A stretch of 64,000 bases of DNA. It comes from an uncultured Chloroflexia bacterium. GTDB taxonomy: Bacteria > Chloroflexota > Anaerolineae > Promineifilales > Promineifilaceae. The stretch is from the NCBI GenBank assembly GCA_963695505.1, contig CAVOGX010000012.1, forward strand, positions 120,768 to 184,767, written 5' to 3'. Made by a program: the position numbers and the translations under genes. The notes under the pieces are model-generated. The model was not told where the DNA came from. It did no database searches and saw nothing but the letters and a program-made list of their open reading frames with translations. Below are positions 31,861 through 43,648 of the stretch, one piece after another (position 1 is the stretch's first letter; every line of letters begins with the position of its first letter).

Positions 31861-31929
31861 GTCATCGGTAATCAATTATCGGTGGCCAGTGACCAGCAAC
31901 CAGCAACCAATCTCCAATCTCTAATCTCT
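31861..31929. repeat. Composite heptamer tract (ATCGGTA.., ACCAGCA.., CCAATCT..) in-frame in a CDS
   Basis: Translated as VIGNQLSVASDQQPATNLQSLIS. Confidence 0.75.
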
Positions 31930-32489
31930 TACGAAGTTGTGTTTGATGGTCTGGGGAACGGCCGTTTCCCCCTCATCGTGCAGGGAACGCCGGGGCAGGT
32001 GGTGTGCGGCTGGCTGCAAACCGGGCGTCGATGCCTGCACACTGGGCACGGTCGAAGTCAGCGGCGTGCCGTTGCCGGAGAGCGCGACCAACTTCGACGA
32101 CAAAATCGCCCTGCTGGACATTGCCATTCCCGAACACGCGGCTGCAAGCGGGCGGGCTACTGCCTCTTACGCTAACGTGGCAAGGGCTGGCCCCGCTGGC
32201 GGAAGATTACACCGTCTTTGTGCAGGTGCTAGACGCCAACGACCGCATTGTGGGGCAGGTGGACGCCTGGCCGGTGCAGGGCACGCACCCCACCAGCCAA
32301 TGGACGCCCGGCGAAACCATCAGCGACCCGTACACCGTGCCGCTTGACCCCGACCTGCCGCCGGGCGAATACCGCCTGATTGTCGGCTGGTACCTGCTGG
32401 CCGACCTGCGCCGCCTGCCCGTTTTGGATGCGGCCGGCTCGCCGGTGGATGATAGAGTGGTAGTAGAAGGATTGGTACGGCCGTAGCCG

Positions 32490-33287
32490 TCACCCCACCA
32501 CCCACGCCCCATACCCTACAACCCGATCCTTTGGCCCAGCGGTATCCCCAGAATTGCGCAAATCCAGCAGGTGTGTGTGCAGCCCGTGCTGCCGCGCCGC
32601 GTGCAGCAGCCCACCAATGGGGATGCGCCCGCAGGCAGAATTTTCACCCAATGCTGCCGGATTTAGCTGCTGGATGGCAACGGCCGTTTCCTCATCCATC
32701 TTCTTTGCCGCCCGGTAATCCAGGTAATGACTCAAATCCGAACTGATCACGACGAGTGTTTCTGCACCGCCCCACAGCCGCTCTAGCACCTCAGCCACCT
32801 CTGTGGGCTTTGCATCCCCCACCACCAGCGGCACCAGCTTAAAATCCAACCCCAGCGTCATTTGCAAAAAGGGTAGATGCACCTCCAGGCCGTGTTCACG
32901 GCCGTGCGCGGCGTCCAATACACGCACCTGCGGCAGCGGCAAAATCTGGATGATAGCATCCTGGTTGACTGCCACTTCCCCTAGCGGCGTGGCAAAGGCA
33001 TCGGCGCTGCAGGCAGCCAGGCCATGCAGGTACATGGTGTGCGCCGGACCGAGCAGCAGCACCCGTGTGACCTGCCCGCGCAGCGGAGCCACTTGCACGT
33101 AGGCGGACCCGGCAATGGGACCGGAATAGATGTAACCGGCATGGGGGGCAATGATGGCCTTGGGGGTGACAAGGGGCGTTGGGGGGGAAACGGCCGTTTC
33201 GATAAATCCTTGCACCATCTCTTGCAAACGGTGCGTGTTCGCGGGGTAAAAGGTACCGGCCACAGCCGGTTGGCGTGTGTAATACAT
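32490..33287 (-). CDS. AmmeMemoRadiSam system protein B (MEMO1 family)
   Basis: RQPAVAGTFYP...IIAPHAGYIYSGPIAG... is typical of the Memo family. Confidence 0.85.
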   Translation of the reverse strand: MYYTRQPAVAGTFYPANTHRLQEMVQGFIETAVSPPTPLVTPKAIIAPHAGYIYSGPIAGSAYVQVAPLRGQVTRVLLLGPAHTMYLHGLAACSADAFATPLGEVAVNQDAIIQILPLPQVRVLDAAHGREHGLEVHLPFLQMTLGLDFKLVPLVVGDAKPTEVAEVLERLWGGAETLVVISSDLSHYLDYRAAKKMDEETAVAIQQLNPAALGENSACGRIPIGGLLHAARQHGLHTHLLDLRNSGDTAGPKDRVVGYGAWVVG

Positions 33288-33416
33288 GACTCCCTCAATT
33301 TGTCATTTATAAACGGATCTGACAAGCCTCAATCTTAAGAAGCGATCAAAATTGGCGTCGATCAGACCCTGTTGTTCAGTCACCTCTTAAGAATAGCATA
33401 TTACAATAACCTTCGG

Positions 33417-34924
33417 GCAGCTGGCTGGGGAGCAGTAAAAACTCGTTAGATGGCAAAAGGTAATGAGGCCTGATCATACACGACCTCTTTCCACTGCCCG
33501 CTGAGCCATACAGCTCGGGCTTTTGCCACCCAGCGAGGCCTCCTTCTTCCAACCATTGTGCGCCAGAACGCTTCAGACGCATGGCGCCGATTTGTTTACA
33601 GCCACTTTCCACGGTGCCGCTGCCGATGAAATAACCTTGCTTCCGAAAATGAGCATAATCCATGCGCGCCAGATTGTTTTGAAAATAAGTGGCGGCGGTG
33701 GCGGCTGGCTCTGCCGCCGGGGCATGGTCGGCCAAGGCCGCACACTGATCAATCACCGTTTGGGTGCGACTGTGCCATAAGTGTTCCTTCATCGTAGTCA
33801 GCCACGCTGCTTGCGTGGCTTCCTCTGGAAATAAGGCTTGGGCGATAGGTGTCAGATACTCGACCGCATGATACCAGTCCAGAATTTGAATTGCCTGAGG
33901 AAAGTTGTCCTCAATCAAGCGCCAGATCCATTTGGCGCCATCACAGACAAAGATCAGCTCCTGGGCGCGGTCGGCCAGATAATGACATCCGGTGGCCCAC
34001 AACAAGGTCGAAAACGACTCGGCTTCCTGGATGTCACAATGATAGCGGATATCGGTGGCTTTCAAGGCCTCTAATTCTCCCACCCGCGCTTTGTAGCGGG
34101 AGGGCCACTGCCGGGCGGAGAGGGGGCTGACCTCATACCAACAAATCGTTTTCAACTCTCGCCACTCTGTCTGGGTCGGCACCATCACGCCGTCTATCGA
34201 CCCATACAACCGCCTGGGTGCCGGCTCTTCTTGCCGGGCCGGGTCATTCATATAATGATGCCAATCACTCAGCTTTTTCCATTTTGTCTCGAGTGCTTCC
34301 TGTTTTTGTCCCACCCACTGGGCCGCTTTACGAATGCTGTTATCACTGATTTCCAACAACAATAACTCTTTGGCCAACCGGGCCGCTTCGTCAAAGGACG
34401 TTTGGACCCCCAATAAGGCCAATAACGGCTTTAAGCCCTGGCTTACTTCTCCGGGCTTGATCTGCATCTGGGTGTCCAATGGCTTGGTACCGGTCTGGCA
34501 ATGGTCACATAGATAATAGCTGCGCTTGTATTGCACCCGCCCAAAGACCGTGATCACCATCCCCTGCCGCCGGCAGCGATAGCGGGCTTTGTGCTGACAG
34601 GTACAGCGGATGCTGGGGGCGACCTGGGTCACTCTTTCCCAAGACTTGTCCCAATGCTTGTCTCCCCACTTCCTGCAACATCTGCCTCATACTCTGTTCA
34701 ATCTCGCCGAGGGTCACACTTTCTTCTTCTTGCACATAGGTCACAACCAGGTCGCTTAACATGTTCGCAATTTGCGCCACACCTTCTTTCACCAGCTTTG
34801 TGTTAAAATCCATTTTCAGCCTCCTTGTGATTTCGTTTTGGTTTTGGTACCTATAACAAAATCACAAGAGGCTCTTTTTGTCCAACTTTTTTCTTTACGG
34901 GTTTTTACTACACCCGCTGGCTGC
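33417..34924. mobile_element. Insertion sequence, ISKra4/ISLre2-like (UPF0236-type DDE transposase)
   Basis: Terminal inverted repeats GCAGCTGGCTGGGGAGCAGTAAAAAC (33417-33442) and GTTTTTACTACACCCGCTGGCTGC (34901-34924). No clear target duplication is seen. There is no ACGGCCGT motif inside. Confidence 0.75.
33446..34813 (-). pseudogene. IS transposase, 2 frameshifts as assembled
   Basis: MDFNTKLVKEG... N-terminus (34505-34813), FVCDGAKWIW, YFQNNLARMDYAHFRKQGYFIGSGTVESGCKQIGAMRLKRSGAQW. The native C-terminus ...ARAVWLSGQWKEVV...AI* is recovered in another frame and ends at 33446. Confidence 0.8.
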
Positions 34925-35255
34925 AATATTTGTGCATGCAATTAGAGTTATTGTATAATTTTTTTGCGTTTACCCTCTTCTAGGCAATGTTAATTGCTGT
35001 TCTACACTATCTGCAGGAAGAGGCAGAGATATCAAACCAAAGATGCGCAACATTCCACAAGCTATCCACTCAAATCGATGCAGTCATTGTCTGATAAGGA
35101 AATCGTTATAAAGGGGGTGGTAATCAAAGAATAAATTGACCCATTGTTCTGTTTCCCATCATAAACGGCCGTAGTTGTGGCAAAGTTTAAAACTTTACCG
35201 CACATTACAAAACGGCCAGTTCACCACTTTAACCATTTTCTTGAGGAGGAAAAAC

Positions 35256-38200
35256 GTGTTAAAAAAACCAAGATTCAAGTTGATTTTGTTGGTTCTTGCC
35301 CTAATTGTAGTTCTGGTTGGTGTATCTGTCGCCTCTGCGCAAGAACGCACACGTGCAGAAGTGCCTGATCGCCCAGTGCCTGCCGCTGTCGAAACTGCGC
35401 GACTCGATGCACCAATCACCGTTGAGGGCATGGCTGCACCAAGCAAACTAAGCCCGACCCTTTTGGATGCTGAAGGTCCCCAAGAAGTCATCATCCGTCT
35501 AACCGTTGCTTCTACAGCCGAATTGACTGGTGATGCTGCGCCCCGTTTGCAATCGCTGCAAGTCAACAGTCGTCAGCCAGCAGCAAGCCGCCCTCATTCG
35601 CAGCGCCAAAGCATTGGACCCCTCGGTCAATGTACTGGGGCAAACTAGTAAAGTTCTCAATGCTGTCATGATGGAAGTGGATGCTGCAGTTCTGGACGAA
35701 TTGGCTAACCTTTCGGCTGTCGCTTCAATTAACCCTGTCAAAAATTACGAAATGGACCTGAGCGAAACTGTGCCCTATATCGGCGCAGCGGCAGCACAAG
35801 CCTTGGGGTTTGATGGCTCTGGTATCAGAGTTGCCATTCTGGATAGTGGTATTGACTACACCCATGCCAACTTGGGTGGTGGCGGCACCATTGCCGATTA
35901 CGATGCCGCTTATCTCGACCCAGCCTCTCGCGACGGCCTCTTCCCCACCGCCAAGGTAGTGGAAGGGTATGATTTTGTTGGCGAAATCTGGCCTTCCGGC
36001 CCTCTGCAGCCAGATGAAGACCCCATCGATTTTCAGGGACATGGCACACATGTAGCCGACATTGCCGGAGGCTTGGGTGGTGTTGCCCCTGGTGCAGAAC
36101 TGTATGCTGTTAAAGTATGTTCGGCCGTATCAACCTCCTGCAGTGGCGTAGCCCTCATTCAGGGTATGGAATATGCCATTGACCCTAATGGTGATGGCGA
36201 TCTCAGTGACCACGTAGATATTGTCAACATGTCATTGGGTTCAAACTATGGCCAGGCATTTGATGACGATCTGGCCCAGGCTGTCGAAAACGCCACGGCG
36301 GTTGGCGTTCTCACAGTTGCCTCTGCCGGTAATGGGTCGGATAAACCTTATGTGACCGGTACGCCGGCCGCGGCTCCTTCGGCTCTCTCCGTTGCCCAAA
36401 CCAACGTACCTTCGGCCTTCCAGCCATTAATGCAGGTCATTTCTCCTGCTAGTATTGCCGGTGACTATGCAGCCGTGTACCAGCCCTGGTCTGGTGAACT
36501 GACCAGCGTCATTGAAGCGCCCGTTGTCTACGGCGTTGACGGCAATACTCTGGGTTGTACGCCTTTCGCTCCAGGGTCTGTGGATGGCATGATTGTTTTG
36601 GTTGATCGCGGCTCGTGTTCTTTCAGCGTGAAAATTGACAATATCGGCCAGGGTGGCGGTGTGGTTGGTATCATTGGCCTGGTTGCCCCTGGTGATCCCT
36701 TTGCTGGTGGTTTCGGCGGCGGCAATCCTGTCATTCCCGGCTACATGATCAGCCAGGCAGATGCCAACACGATCAAGAGTGGCCTGGCAGAGGGTGTTGT
36801 AGCCCGCTTCGATCCCGACTATGGCATTGCTTTGGTAGGGCACATGGTGGGCTCTTCATCCCGCGGCCCGTCCATGAATGGCAACTTGATTAAGCCCGAA
36901 ATTGGAGCACCGGGTGCATCGGTCTCCGCCATCGTAGGCACAGGCGACGGCACTGGTCCCTTCGGCGGCACTTCTGGCGCCGCCCCCATGGTAACCGGCT
37001 CTGCCGCTATCGTCCTTGGCGCTTTCCCGGACCGCATGCCCCATGAGGTGAAGGCGGTGTTAATGAACACGGCCGAAACCAACATCATGAATACGCCCGC
37101 TTTCTTTGGCGGTGACCTGGCCCCCATTGCCCGTATCGGGAATGGTGAAGTCCGGGTTGATCAGGCTATTGCTTCTCCTGCTGCTGCCTGGGACAGCAAT
37201 TCCCTTAGCGCCGCTCTCTCCTTTGGCTTCCACGACGTACCCAAGAAAAATGTGGTACAGCACCGCACAGTCACCGTACGCAATTACTCGGACACCGGCA
37301 TTCTCTACAACATCACCCCATCGTTCCGCTTTGTAGACGATGAGCTGAACGGCGCCGTGCGCGTCATTACGCCTAACGCCGTGTACGTACCAGCAAATGG
37401 GGATGCTAGCTTCCAAGTAACCCTGCAAGTGCGTGGGGACATGCTGCGCGAGTGGGGCATGAACTCTGGTTCTTTAGGCGCTGATCCGGCCACAATTACG
37501 TTGTTTGAGTATGATGGCTACATCACGTTGACAGAAGTCCTGAAGAATAAAGCTGAGGGCTCTTCAATTCACCTGGGCTGGCACATCCTGCCCCGTGGTG
37601 CAGGTGACGTCCTGTTGCGCGAAGCCGGCGACATTGTAAAGGTCTTTAATCGTGGCGTGGGGACAACGACTATCGAAAGCTACTCGCTGGTTGGTGTCAG
37701 TGACGACCTGCCTGAGGGCGGCCCTGGTGAACAAAACCCCACCCCCGACTTGCGGTACGTTGGTTATGCCACTTATCCTGTACCGGCTGGATATTGTAGT
37801 GCTAATCCGTCCTTTGTCATGGCTTTTGCCGTAAATACCTGGGAGCGTCAGACACACTCTGTTGCTCCAGCCTACTTCCAGTTTGACCTAGATACGGACC
37901 AGGATGGTTTCTTTGACTACTCAGTCTTCAACCTTGACCTGTCCTACCTGGGCGCATCATTTAACTTAAGCGACGGCCGTAACGCTACCATTGTACGTAA
38001 TTACAGCACTAACACATCCAGCGTCTTCTTCTACACCGACCATGAAACCAACAGTGGCAATACCGTGCTGTACATCTGTGGCGAGCAAATTGGCATGAAT
38101 GCCAGCAACTTCTTTGATCCCATGGACGTTTACGTGGCCGCCTTTGACCTGTACTTTGGCGGCGACTTCGACTTCCTGCCGGGCTTCACCATTTCCCCGC

Positions 38201-38388
38201 TGGGCGAGCAGTATCTAGGCGTCTTTGAAAATGGTGGCGTGGGTTCAACAACCCTGGCCTACCGGGAATCGGACGTTCTGGAAGTGCTGGACTTCGGGCC
38301 GATAACCAACAACACGGAAACCGGTTTGCTGCTGCTTTACCGCGGCGGGGCGCCAGCAGACAATGAAGCAGGTATCGTCCTGCCATAA
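35256..38388 (+). pseudogene. Secreted subtilisin-like serine peptidase (S8) with PA-type insert and large C-terminal domains, 1 frameshift near 35560
   Basis: GTG 35256 follows GGAGGA. Signal peptide KKPRFKLILLVLALIVVLVGVSVASA. Catalytic triad contexts are ILDSGID, HGTHVADI and GTSGAAPMVTG. Confidence 0.85.
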
Positions 38389-38441
38389 AGAGTTGGTTTA
38401 GCCACTCCTTGGTAATGCATTCAAGGGTGGTTAGTTAGACA

Positions 38442-38479
38442 AGAGCGGCGTTGGGGGCTTCCCGACGCCGCTCTTTGTT
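38442..38479 (+). terminator. Rho-independent terminator after the S8 peptidase gene
   Basis: AGAGCGGCGT-tgggggcttccc-GACGCCGCTCT followed by TTGTT. Confidence 0.7.
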
Positions 38480-38565
38480 ATGAATTAGGAGTACCTGGCG
38501 GAACAGTAAATGGGGGAGTTTTGTTAGTACATAGTTGAAAATAGCCCTTTTCTGTAACACGGTAA

Positions 38566-39099
38566 TCAAAACTCTGTCCTTCTAACTTCTAGCACCACCC
38601 AATAACCGGCCACGATGGCTTGAGTGTATTCAACGCCGGGCTGAGGGCACCCCAAAGAGCCATCTGGCCACTGCACAAATTCGGCCCGTGTCACCTGTAC
38701 TTGGGTAGAGTCAGCGGTCACTTGTGCCAGCAAATCTGCCTGTAGAGCCTGCATAATGTCATTTGGAACTTCGCCCAGCACAGGAGCGGGCTCTAGCGAA
38801 GGCACTCTTTCGACCTTTGGCGTTGCTTCGGGTGTCATTCGCTCTATTAGCCCTGTATCTACTGGTTCAGGGTACGCAGGCGCAGGATATGCGGGGGCAG
38901 GGTATGCGGAAGAGGATGCGGTGGTGGGGTTTTGGTCTGGTGGCAGTGTTGGGGCGGTAGACGGCCGTTCTGGTTCAGGGCTGTCCTCGGGCAGCGGTTC
39001 GGAGCCCGGTTGGCAGCCCGTTAACAAAATTGCCACAAGAATCACCCCTATAAGCCAGATTTTACTTTCACGCCATCCATTTTTTTTGCTCATTTTCAA
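38566..39099 (-). CDS. Lipoprotein, Pro-rich linker, unknown function
   Basis: Lipobox LLTGC follows a TM-like signal. YPAPAYPAPAYPEP repeat. Confidence 0.6.
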   Translation of the reverse strand: MKMSKKNGWRESKIWLIGVILVAILLTGCQPGSEPLPEDSPEPERPSTAPTLPPDQNPTTASSSAYPAPAYPAPAYPEPVDTGLIERMTPEATPKVERVPSLEPAPVLGEVPNDIMQALQADLLAQVTADSTQVQVTRAEFVQWPDGSLGCPQPGVEYTQAIVAGYWVVLEVRRTEF

Positions 39100-39236
39100 C
39101 CTCCAATGCCCATAAATCGGGCTAAACAGTATTCAATCATAAGACGTTTGGCGACTCACTTAGTTCCCCAAATACGAAATTTGCCGCCTTTACGGGCAGG
39201 GGGTTTGGTATTATAGTGGTTGGTAGGAATAGCAAA

Positions 39237-40310
39237 ATGAATGATTATGTATCCACGCTTTATTGGCACAAACTAGCGGACGGCCGTATTCAATGCGACC
39301 TGTGCCCGCGCGAATGCAAGCTGAATAATGGGCAGCGCGGCTTGTGCTTTGTGCGCATGGCTGCAGATGACCAGATTGTGCTGACCACATACGGCCGTTC
39401 CAGCGGCTTTTGCGTTGACCCCATCGAGAAAAAACCCCTCAACCACTTCCTGCCCGGCACGCCAGTCTTATCCTTTGGCACGGCCGGCTGCAACCTGTCC
39501 TGCAAATTTTGCCAAAATTGGGACATCAGCAAATCCCGCGAGATGGACACCCTGGCCGACTCGGCCTCGCCGCAGGCCATCGCCCGCACGGCGTCCCAGC
39601 TAAACTGCCGCAGCGTTGCCTACACCTACAACGATCCCACCATTTTCATGGAGTACGCCATTGACGTAGCCCAGGCCTGCCATGAATCTGGCATCTACTC
39701 TGTAGCGGTAACGGCCGGCTACATCAACGAGGAGCCGCGCCGCGATTTTTATGCGCACATGGACGCCGCCAATGTCGATTTGAAGGGGTTTAGTGAGGCA
39801 TTTTATCAAAAACTGTGCGCCGGTTCGCTGCAGCCGGTGCTGGAAACGCTGCTCTATTTGCGCCATGAGACCAACGTCTGGGTGGAAATTACCAATCTCG
39901 TCATCCCGGGTTGGAACGACAGTGAAGCGGAGCTGCACGCCATGACCCAGTGGGTGGTAGAAAATCTGGGACCTGACGTGCCCATGCACTTCACAGCTTT
40001 CCACCCGGATTACAAAATGCGTGACGTGCCAGCCACGCCATCATCTACGCTGGTCAAAGCGCGGCGCATTGCCCTGGAGAATGGGATACGCCATGCGTAC
40101 ACGGGCAACGTGCGCGACAAAAGTGGACAGAGCACTTACTGTCACGCCTGTGGTGGTCTGCTTATTGGCCGGAACTGGTATGTGCTGAGCGAATGGGGGC
40201 TGGACGGAAACGGCCGTTGCCAACAGTGCGGAACCGCTTGCGCCGGCGTCTTCGAGAGCAAGCCCGGCGACTGGGGGGCCAGGCGGCTGCCCATTCGCCT
40301 TCGCGCATAA
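39237..40310 (+). CDS. AmmeMemoRadiSam system radical SAM enzyme
   Basis: CDLCPRECKLNNGQRGLC plus the radical-SAM cluster CNLSCKFCQNW, and a C-terminal CHACGG..CQQCG. The ORF track starts at GTG 39216; ATG 39237 has an AGGAA SD. Confidence 0.85.
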   Translation: MNDYVSTLYWHKLADGRIQCDLCPRECKLNNGQRGLCFVRMAADDQIVLTTYGRSSGFCVDPIEKKPLNHFLPGTPVLSFGTAGCNLSCKFCQNWDISKSREMDTLADSASPQAIARTASQLNCRSVAYTYNDPTIFMEYAIDVAQACHESGIYSVAVTAGYINEEPRRDFYAHMDAANVDLKGFSEAFYQKLCAGSLQPVLETLLYLRHETNVWVEITNLVIPGWNDSEAELHAMTQWVVENLGPDVPMHFTAFHPDYKMRDVPATPSSTLVKARRIALENGIRHAYTGNVRDKSGQSTYCHACGGLLIGRNWYVLSEWGLDGNGRCQQCGTACAGVFESKPGDWGARRLPIRLRA

Positions 40311-40335
40311 TTTTCCCAACATTCACGCACAATTC

Positions 40336-40364
40336 TTGCAATCCCCCTGGTTTTGTTGTATTAT
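40336..40364 (+). promoter_or_regulatory. Sigma70-like promoter upstream of minC
   Basis: TTGCAA - 17 nt - TATTAT. An 8-bp hairpin CCCATACA/TGTATGGG follows in the leader. Confidence 0.5.
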
Positions 40365-40442
40365 TTCAACAATTAGTTTTGTTGTAATAACCCGCACATT
40401 CTGGCCGCACCCATACACAAGTTGTATGGGCTTTAACTGTTT

Positions 40443-41159
40443 ATGAATCAATACGCTGCATCAGAAATCAGTATCAAAGGTATTCGTGATGGGTTGCTGG
40501 TCACCCTGGGGAATGGCCCTTATCCGGAGGTGCTGGCGCAGCTACATGTAGAGTTAGCGGACAAACGTGATTTTCTGCAAGGCAGTCGCATTGCGTTAGA
40601 GGTGGGAGAACGGCCGTTGCAGCGCGAACAGCTTGCCGAAATTCAGCAAGTTTTCGCCCAAAATCGCCTCCTGCTGTGGACCGTGCTTTCCAATAAAGAA
40701 ACGACCAAAACGGCCGCCCGCGAGTTAGAATTAGGGACCCGTTTACCCGGCAGCCATACCGATTTAGATGGCAATGCGCTAAACCAGGCAGCTACCCATT
40801 CTAGCGCTCACCGGACAGAAGCCACTTTGACGGGCGCATTGGTACTCAAAGAGACGCTGCGGTCGGGGCGATCGGTTTACCACGAAGGCGCCGTCATCGT
40901 GCTGGGTGATGTTAATGCGGGGGCCGAAGTGATTGCCGCTGGCGACGTACTGGTGTGGGGCCGACTGCGCGGCCTGGTACATGCGGGGGCATTGGGCGAT
41001 GACACGGCCGTTATCTGCGCCCTCGATCTCAACCCTACCCAACTCCGCATTGCCGACCAGATCGCCATTCCCCCTGAAACCCGGGGGCGCAAACCAGAAC
41101 CAGAACAAGCAGCCATTCGTGGCGGGCAAATTGTTGCCGATTCCTGGCAAACAAAGTGA
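40443..41159 (+). CDS. minC: Septum site-determining protein MinC
   Basis: C-terminal beta-helix LGDVNAGAEVIAAGDVLVWGRLRGLVHAG, directly upstream of minD and minE. Confidence 0.85.
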   Translation: MNQYAASEISIKGIRDGLLVTLGNGPYPEVLAQLHVELADKRDFLQGSRIALEVGERPLQREQLAEIQQVFAQNRLLLWTVLSNKETTKTAARELELGTRLPGSHTDLDGNALNQAATHSSAHRTEATLTGALVLKETLRSGRSVYHEGAVIVLGDVNAGAEVIAAGDVLVWGRLRGLVHAGALGDDTAVICALDLNPTQLRIADQIAIPPETRGRKPEPEQAAIRGGQIVADSWQTK

Positions 41160-41220
41160 GGGGTAATCGGGTGATTTATTTTCAAGCATCAGAACTTAAT
41201 AAAACGCATGAACCCCTAAA

Positions 41221-42036
41221 ATGGAGAAACTCATGAGCGCAAAAGTGATTACCGTTACTTCTGGCAAAGGCGGTGTGGGTAAAACAACCATCACCGCCAA
41301 CCTGGCCTCGGCATTGGCCATGCTAGACAAGCGCGTCGTCGCCATCGATGCAGACATTGGCCTGCGCAACCTGGATGTAGTAATGGGTCTGGAAAACCGC
41401 ATCGTCTACGATCTGGTTGACGTCATCGAAGGGCGCTGCCGCTTACGGCAAGCCATGATCAAAGACAAGCGCCAGCCCGAACTCTACCTCATTCCCGCGG
41501 CCCAAACGCGCGACAAAATGGCCGTCAGCCCTTCTGATATGATTCTGGTTTGCGACCAACTCCGTCAAGAAATGGACTACATCATCATCGACTCGCCCGC
41601 CGGCATTGAGCGCGGCTTCCGCAACGCCATTGCCCCTGCCGACCAGGTGATGGTCGTCACCAACCCGGAAGTGTCGTCGGTGCGCGACGCCGACCGCATC
41701 ATTGGTCTGATTGAAGCAGAAGAGAAAGGCCCCGGCTACCTGATAGTTAACCGGTTAAAGCCTGCGATGGTAGCGCGTGGCGACATGCTGTCGGTCGAAG
41801 ATGTGCTGGATATTCTGGCTATTCAGCTAATTGGTGTTATTCCTGAAGACGAGTCGATTTTGGTTTCAACCAATCAAGGTTTACCGGTGGCCATGAGCAG
41901 CGTCAACGGGTCCAGCGCCAGCCAGGCATTTCGCAATGTGGCACAGCGTCTCACAGGGCAAGATGTGCCATTCTTGGACCTTTCAGCCAAGCCTGGCTTG
42001 CGCGGCTGGTTGAAAGGCTTGATGAGCAGCCGATGA
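41221..42036 (+). CDS. minD: Septum site-determining ATPase MinD
   Basis: VITVTSGKGGVGKTT deviant Walker A. The start may be ATG 41233. Confidence 0.95.
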   Translation: MEKLMSAKVITVTSGKGGVGKTTITANLASALAMLDKRVVAIDADIGLRNLDVVMGLENRIVYDLVDVIEGRCRLRQAMIKDKRQPELYLIPAAQTRDKMAVSPSDMILVCDQLRQEMDYIIIDSPAGIERGFRNAIAPADQVMVVTNPEVSSVRDADRIIGLIEAEEKGPGYLIVNRLKPAMVARGDMLSVEDVLDILAIQLIGVIPEDESILVSTNQGLPVAMSSVNGSSASQAFRNVAQRLTGQDVPFLDLSAKPGLRGWLKGLMSSR

Positions 42037-42043
42037 AGGAGTA

Positions 42044-42307
42044 TTGGGCATGAGTTGGCTAGGACAGCTTTTTGGAAAGAAAGAAAACAGCAGCTCGGTG
42101 GCTAAGAAACGGCTGCAAATGGTGCTGGTCCATGATCGAAGTGATATTTCTCCAGGCTTGTTGGAAATCATCAAGGATGACATTATTCAAGTGATTGTGA
42201 AACACCTGGCGATTGATCCTAACGCAGTGGAGGTGAATTTAAACCAGGAAGGGCAGGAGAGCTTTTTGGTAGCAGAAATTCCTTTGCCAGGAGGAAACAG
42301 CAGGTAG
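42044..42307 (+). CDS. minE: Cell division topological specificity factor MinE
   Basis: SSVAKKRLQMVLVHDR... is a typical MinE N-terminus; the gene follows minD. Confidence 0.85.
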   Translation: MGMSWLGQLFGKKENSSSVAKKRLQMVLVHDRSDISPGLLEIIKDDIIQVIVKHLAIDPNAVEVNLNQEGQESFLVAEIPLPGGNSR

Positions 42308-42473
42308 GCAGCGATTTCCCTGTATCAGGTTCCATTGCCAGCTAACTTTAGGCGATGAACAATAAAATGTCTCTCTTTAGCTTCCAGAAAAGTTAGGTTC
42401 GTGTCCCTTATCCCCCTGAGGGTTTCGTAAAAATCTTCGCCAAATCTTCCCCTTTTAATAAAATAGTATTGTT

Positions 42474-43582
42474 ATGACTGAAAGACCATCTGTCTGGCGA
42501 TACTTCGATATTTGGTTAACTGCCGCCGTTTTACTGCTTAATGCGTACGGTATTCTTGATGATCCGCAGCGCGGTTACTGGCGCGCCGGCGCTAGAAGGC
42601 CATCCTCAACGCCAGCTTTATTGGGCGCTTGGTGGCATTGTTGTCATGATCATTTTCGCCAGCATCGATTATCGTTATCTTGCATCTGCCCACTGGTACA
42701 TTTACGGCGCTCTGGTGCTCTCACTGGTTTTCGTTGTGGTCGCCGGGCAAATTAACAATGACGCACGCCGTTGGATTAGCTTCGGGATTTTTGAGATCCA
42801 GCCATCGGAATTCGGCCGTGTATTTCTAACCATGACCTTTGCTCAATTCTTGGCTCATCGCCGCGACCGTATTAACCAATTTTCGAACACGCTGGTTACG
42901 TTGGCCTATATTGGCCTGCCTGTGGGACTCATCTTTATCCAGCCAGACCTGGGTATGTCCATACTCTTTTTCGTTGTCTGGTTTGTCATGATTTGGCTGG
43001 CTGGTTTGCCTTTATCTCATTTTCTTACCCTTGGCCGTTATCGGCATCATAAGCATTGGCCTTGTCTATCCCAACCTGGCGGACTACCAAAAAGAACGTA
43101 TCACAACCTTTCTCAATCCAGAAGCAGCCGATGAAGAAGATGTATTTAACGTCGACCAGGCAGTGATCAGCGTTGGCACTGGCGGGCTGTTTGGTAAGGG
43201 TTACTTGCAAGGCACTCAAAGCCAGTTCGGGTTTTTGCGTGTGCAGCATACCGATTTCATTTTTTCTGTGGTCACAGAAGAAATGGGACTGATTTTTGGT
43301 TCTTTAGTGGTGCTGAGCCTGATGGGTTTTATTCTTTGGCGCATATTGCGCATCGCCAACATGACCCCAGACCCAACCGGGAAACTTCTGGTTAGCGGCA
43401 TAGCGGCCATTCTTTTCTTCCAGACCGTGGTGAGTGTGGGCATGAACGTGCGCCTGCTGCCGGTTACCGGACTCACGCTGCCGTTTGTCAGTTACGGGGG
43501 CAGCTCTCTCATCACACTGTTCATCGCCATCGGTGTGGTACAATCCGTCCTTATGCGACATCGCAAGCAAGACTTCGGTTAA
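42474..43582 (+). pseudogene. rodA: SEDS protein RodA/FtsW, 2 frameshifts as assembled
   Basis: FEIQPSEFGRVF, HTDFIFSVVTEEMG, LPVTGLTLPFVSYGGSS. Pieces are 42474-42755, 42541-43134 and 43031-43582. Confidence 0.85.
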
Positions 43583-43648
43583 AAATTAATAGCAACTAGC
43601 TATGAGCAATGATTGATTGTAAATCGATTATTGCTCATTGAGGTGATC

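Larger units (their letters stand above)
29514..32486 (+). pseudogene. DUF2723-family GT-C membrane glycosyltransferase with a long C-terminal extracytoplasmic region, at least 4 frameshifts as assembled
   Basis: [29 protein letters not shown] is the DUF2723 signature. Colinear pieces are 29463-29762, 29602-29988, 29996-31408, 31405-32175 and 32004-32486. The C-terminal motif DAWPVQGTHPTSQW is shared with the 1046-aa gene at 46424. Confidence 0.75.

Noticed and set aside
34947-34955. Outer 9-bp match (TACAATAAC / GTTATTGTA) as the true IS termini
   Set aside because: Its spacing to the inner, much longer inverted repeats is asymmetric (6 nt versus 22 nt), so it is probably a chance match. 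The IS boundaries are kept at 33417-34924.
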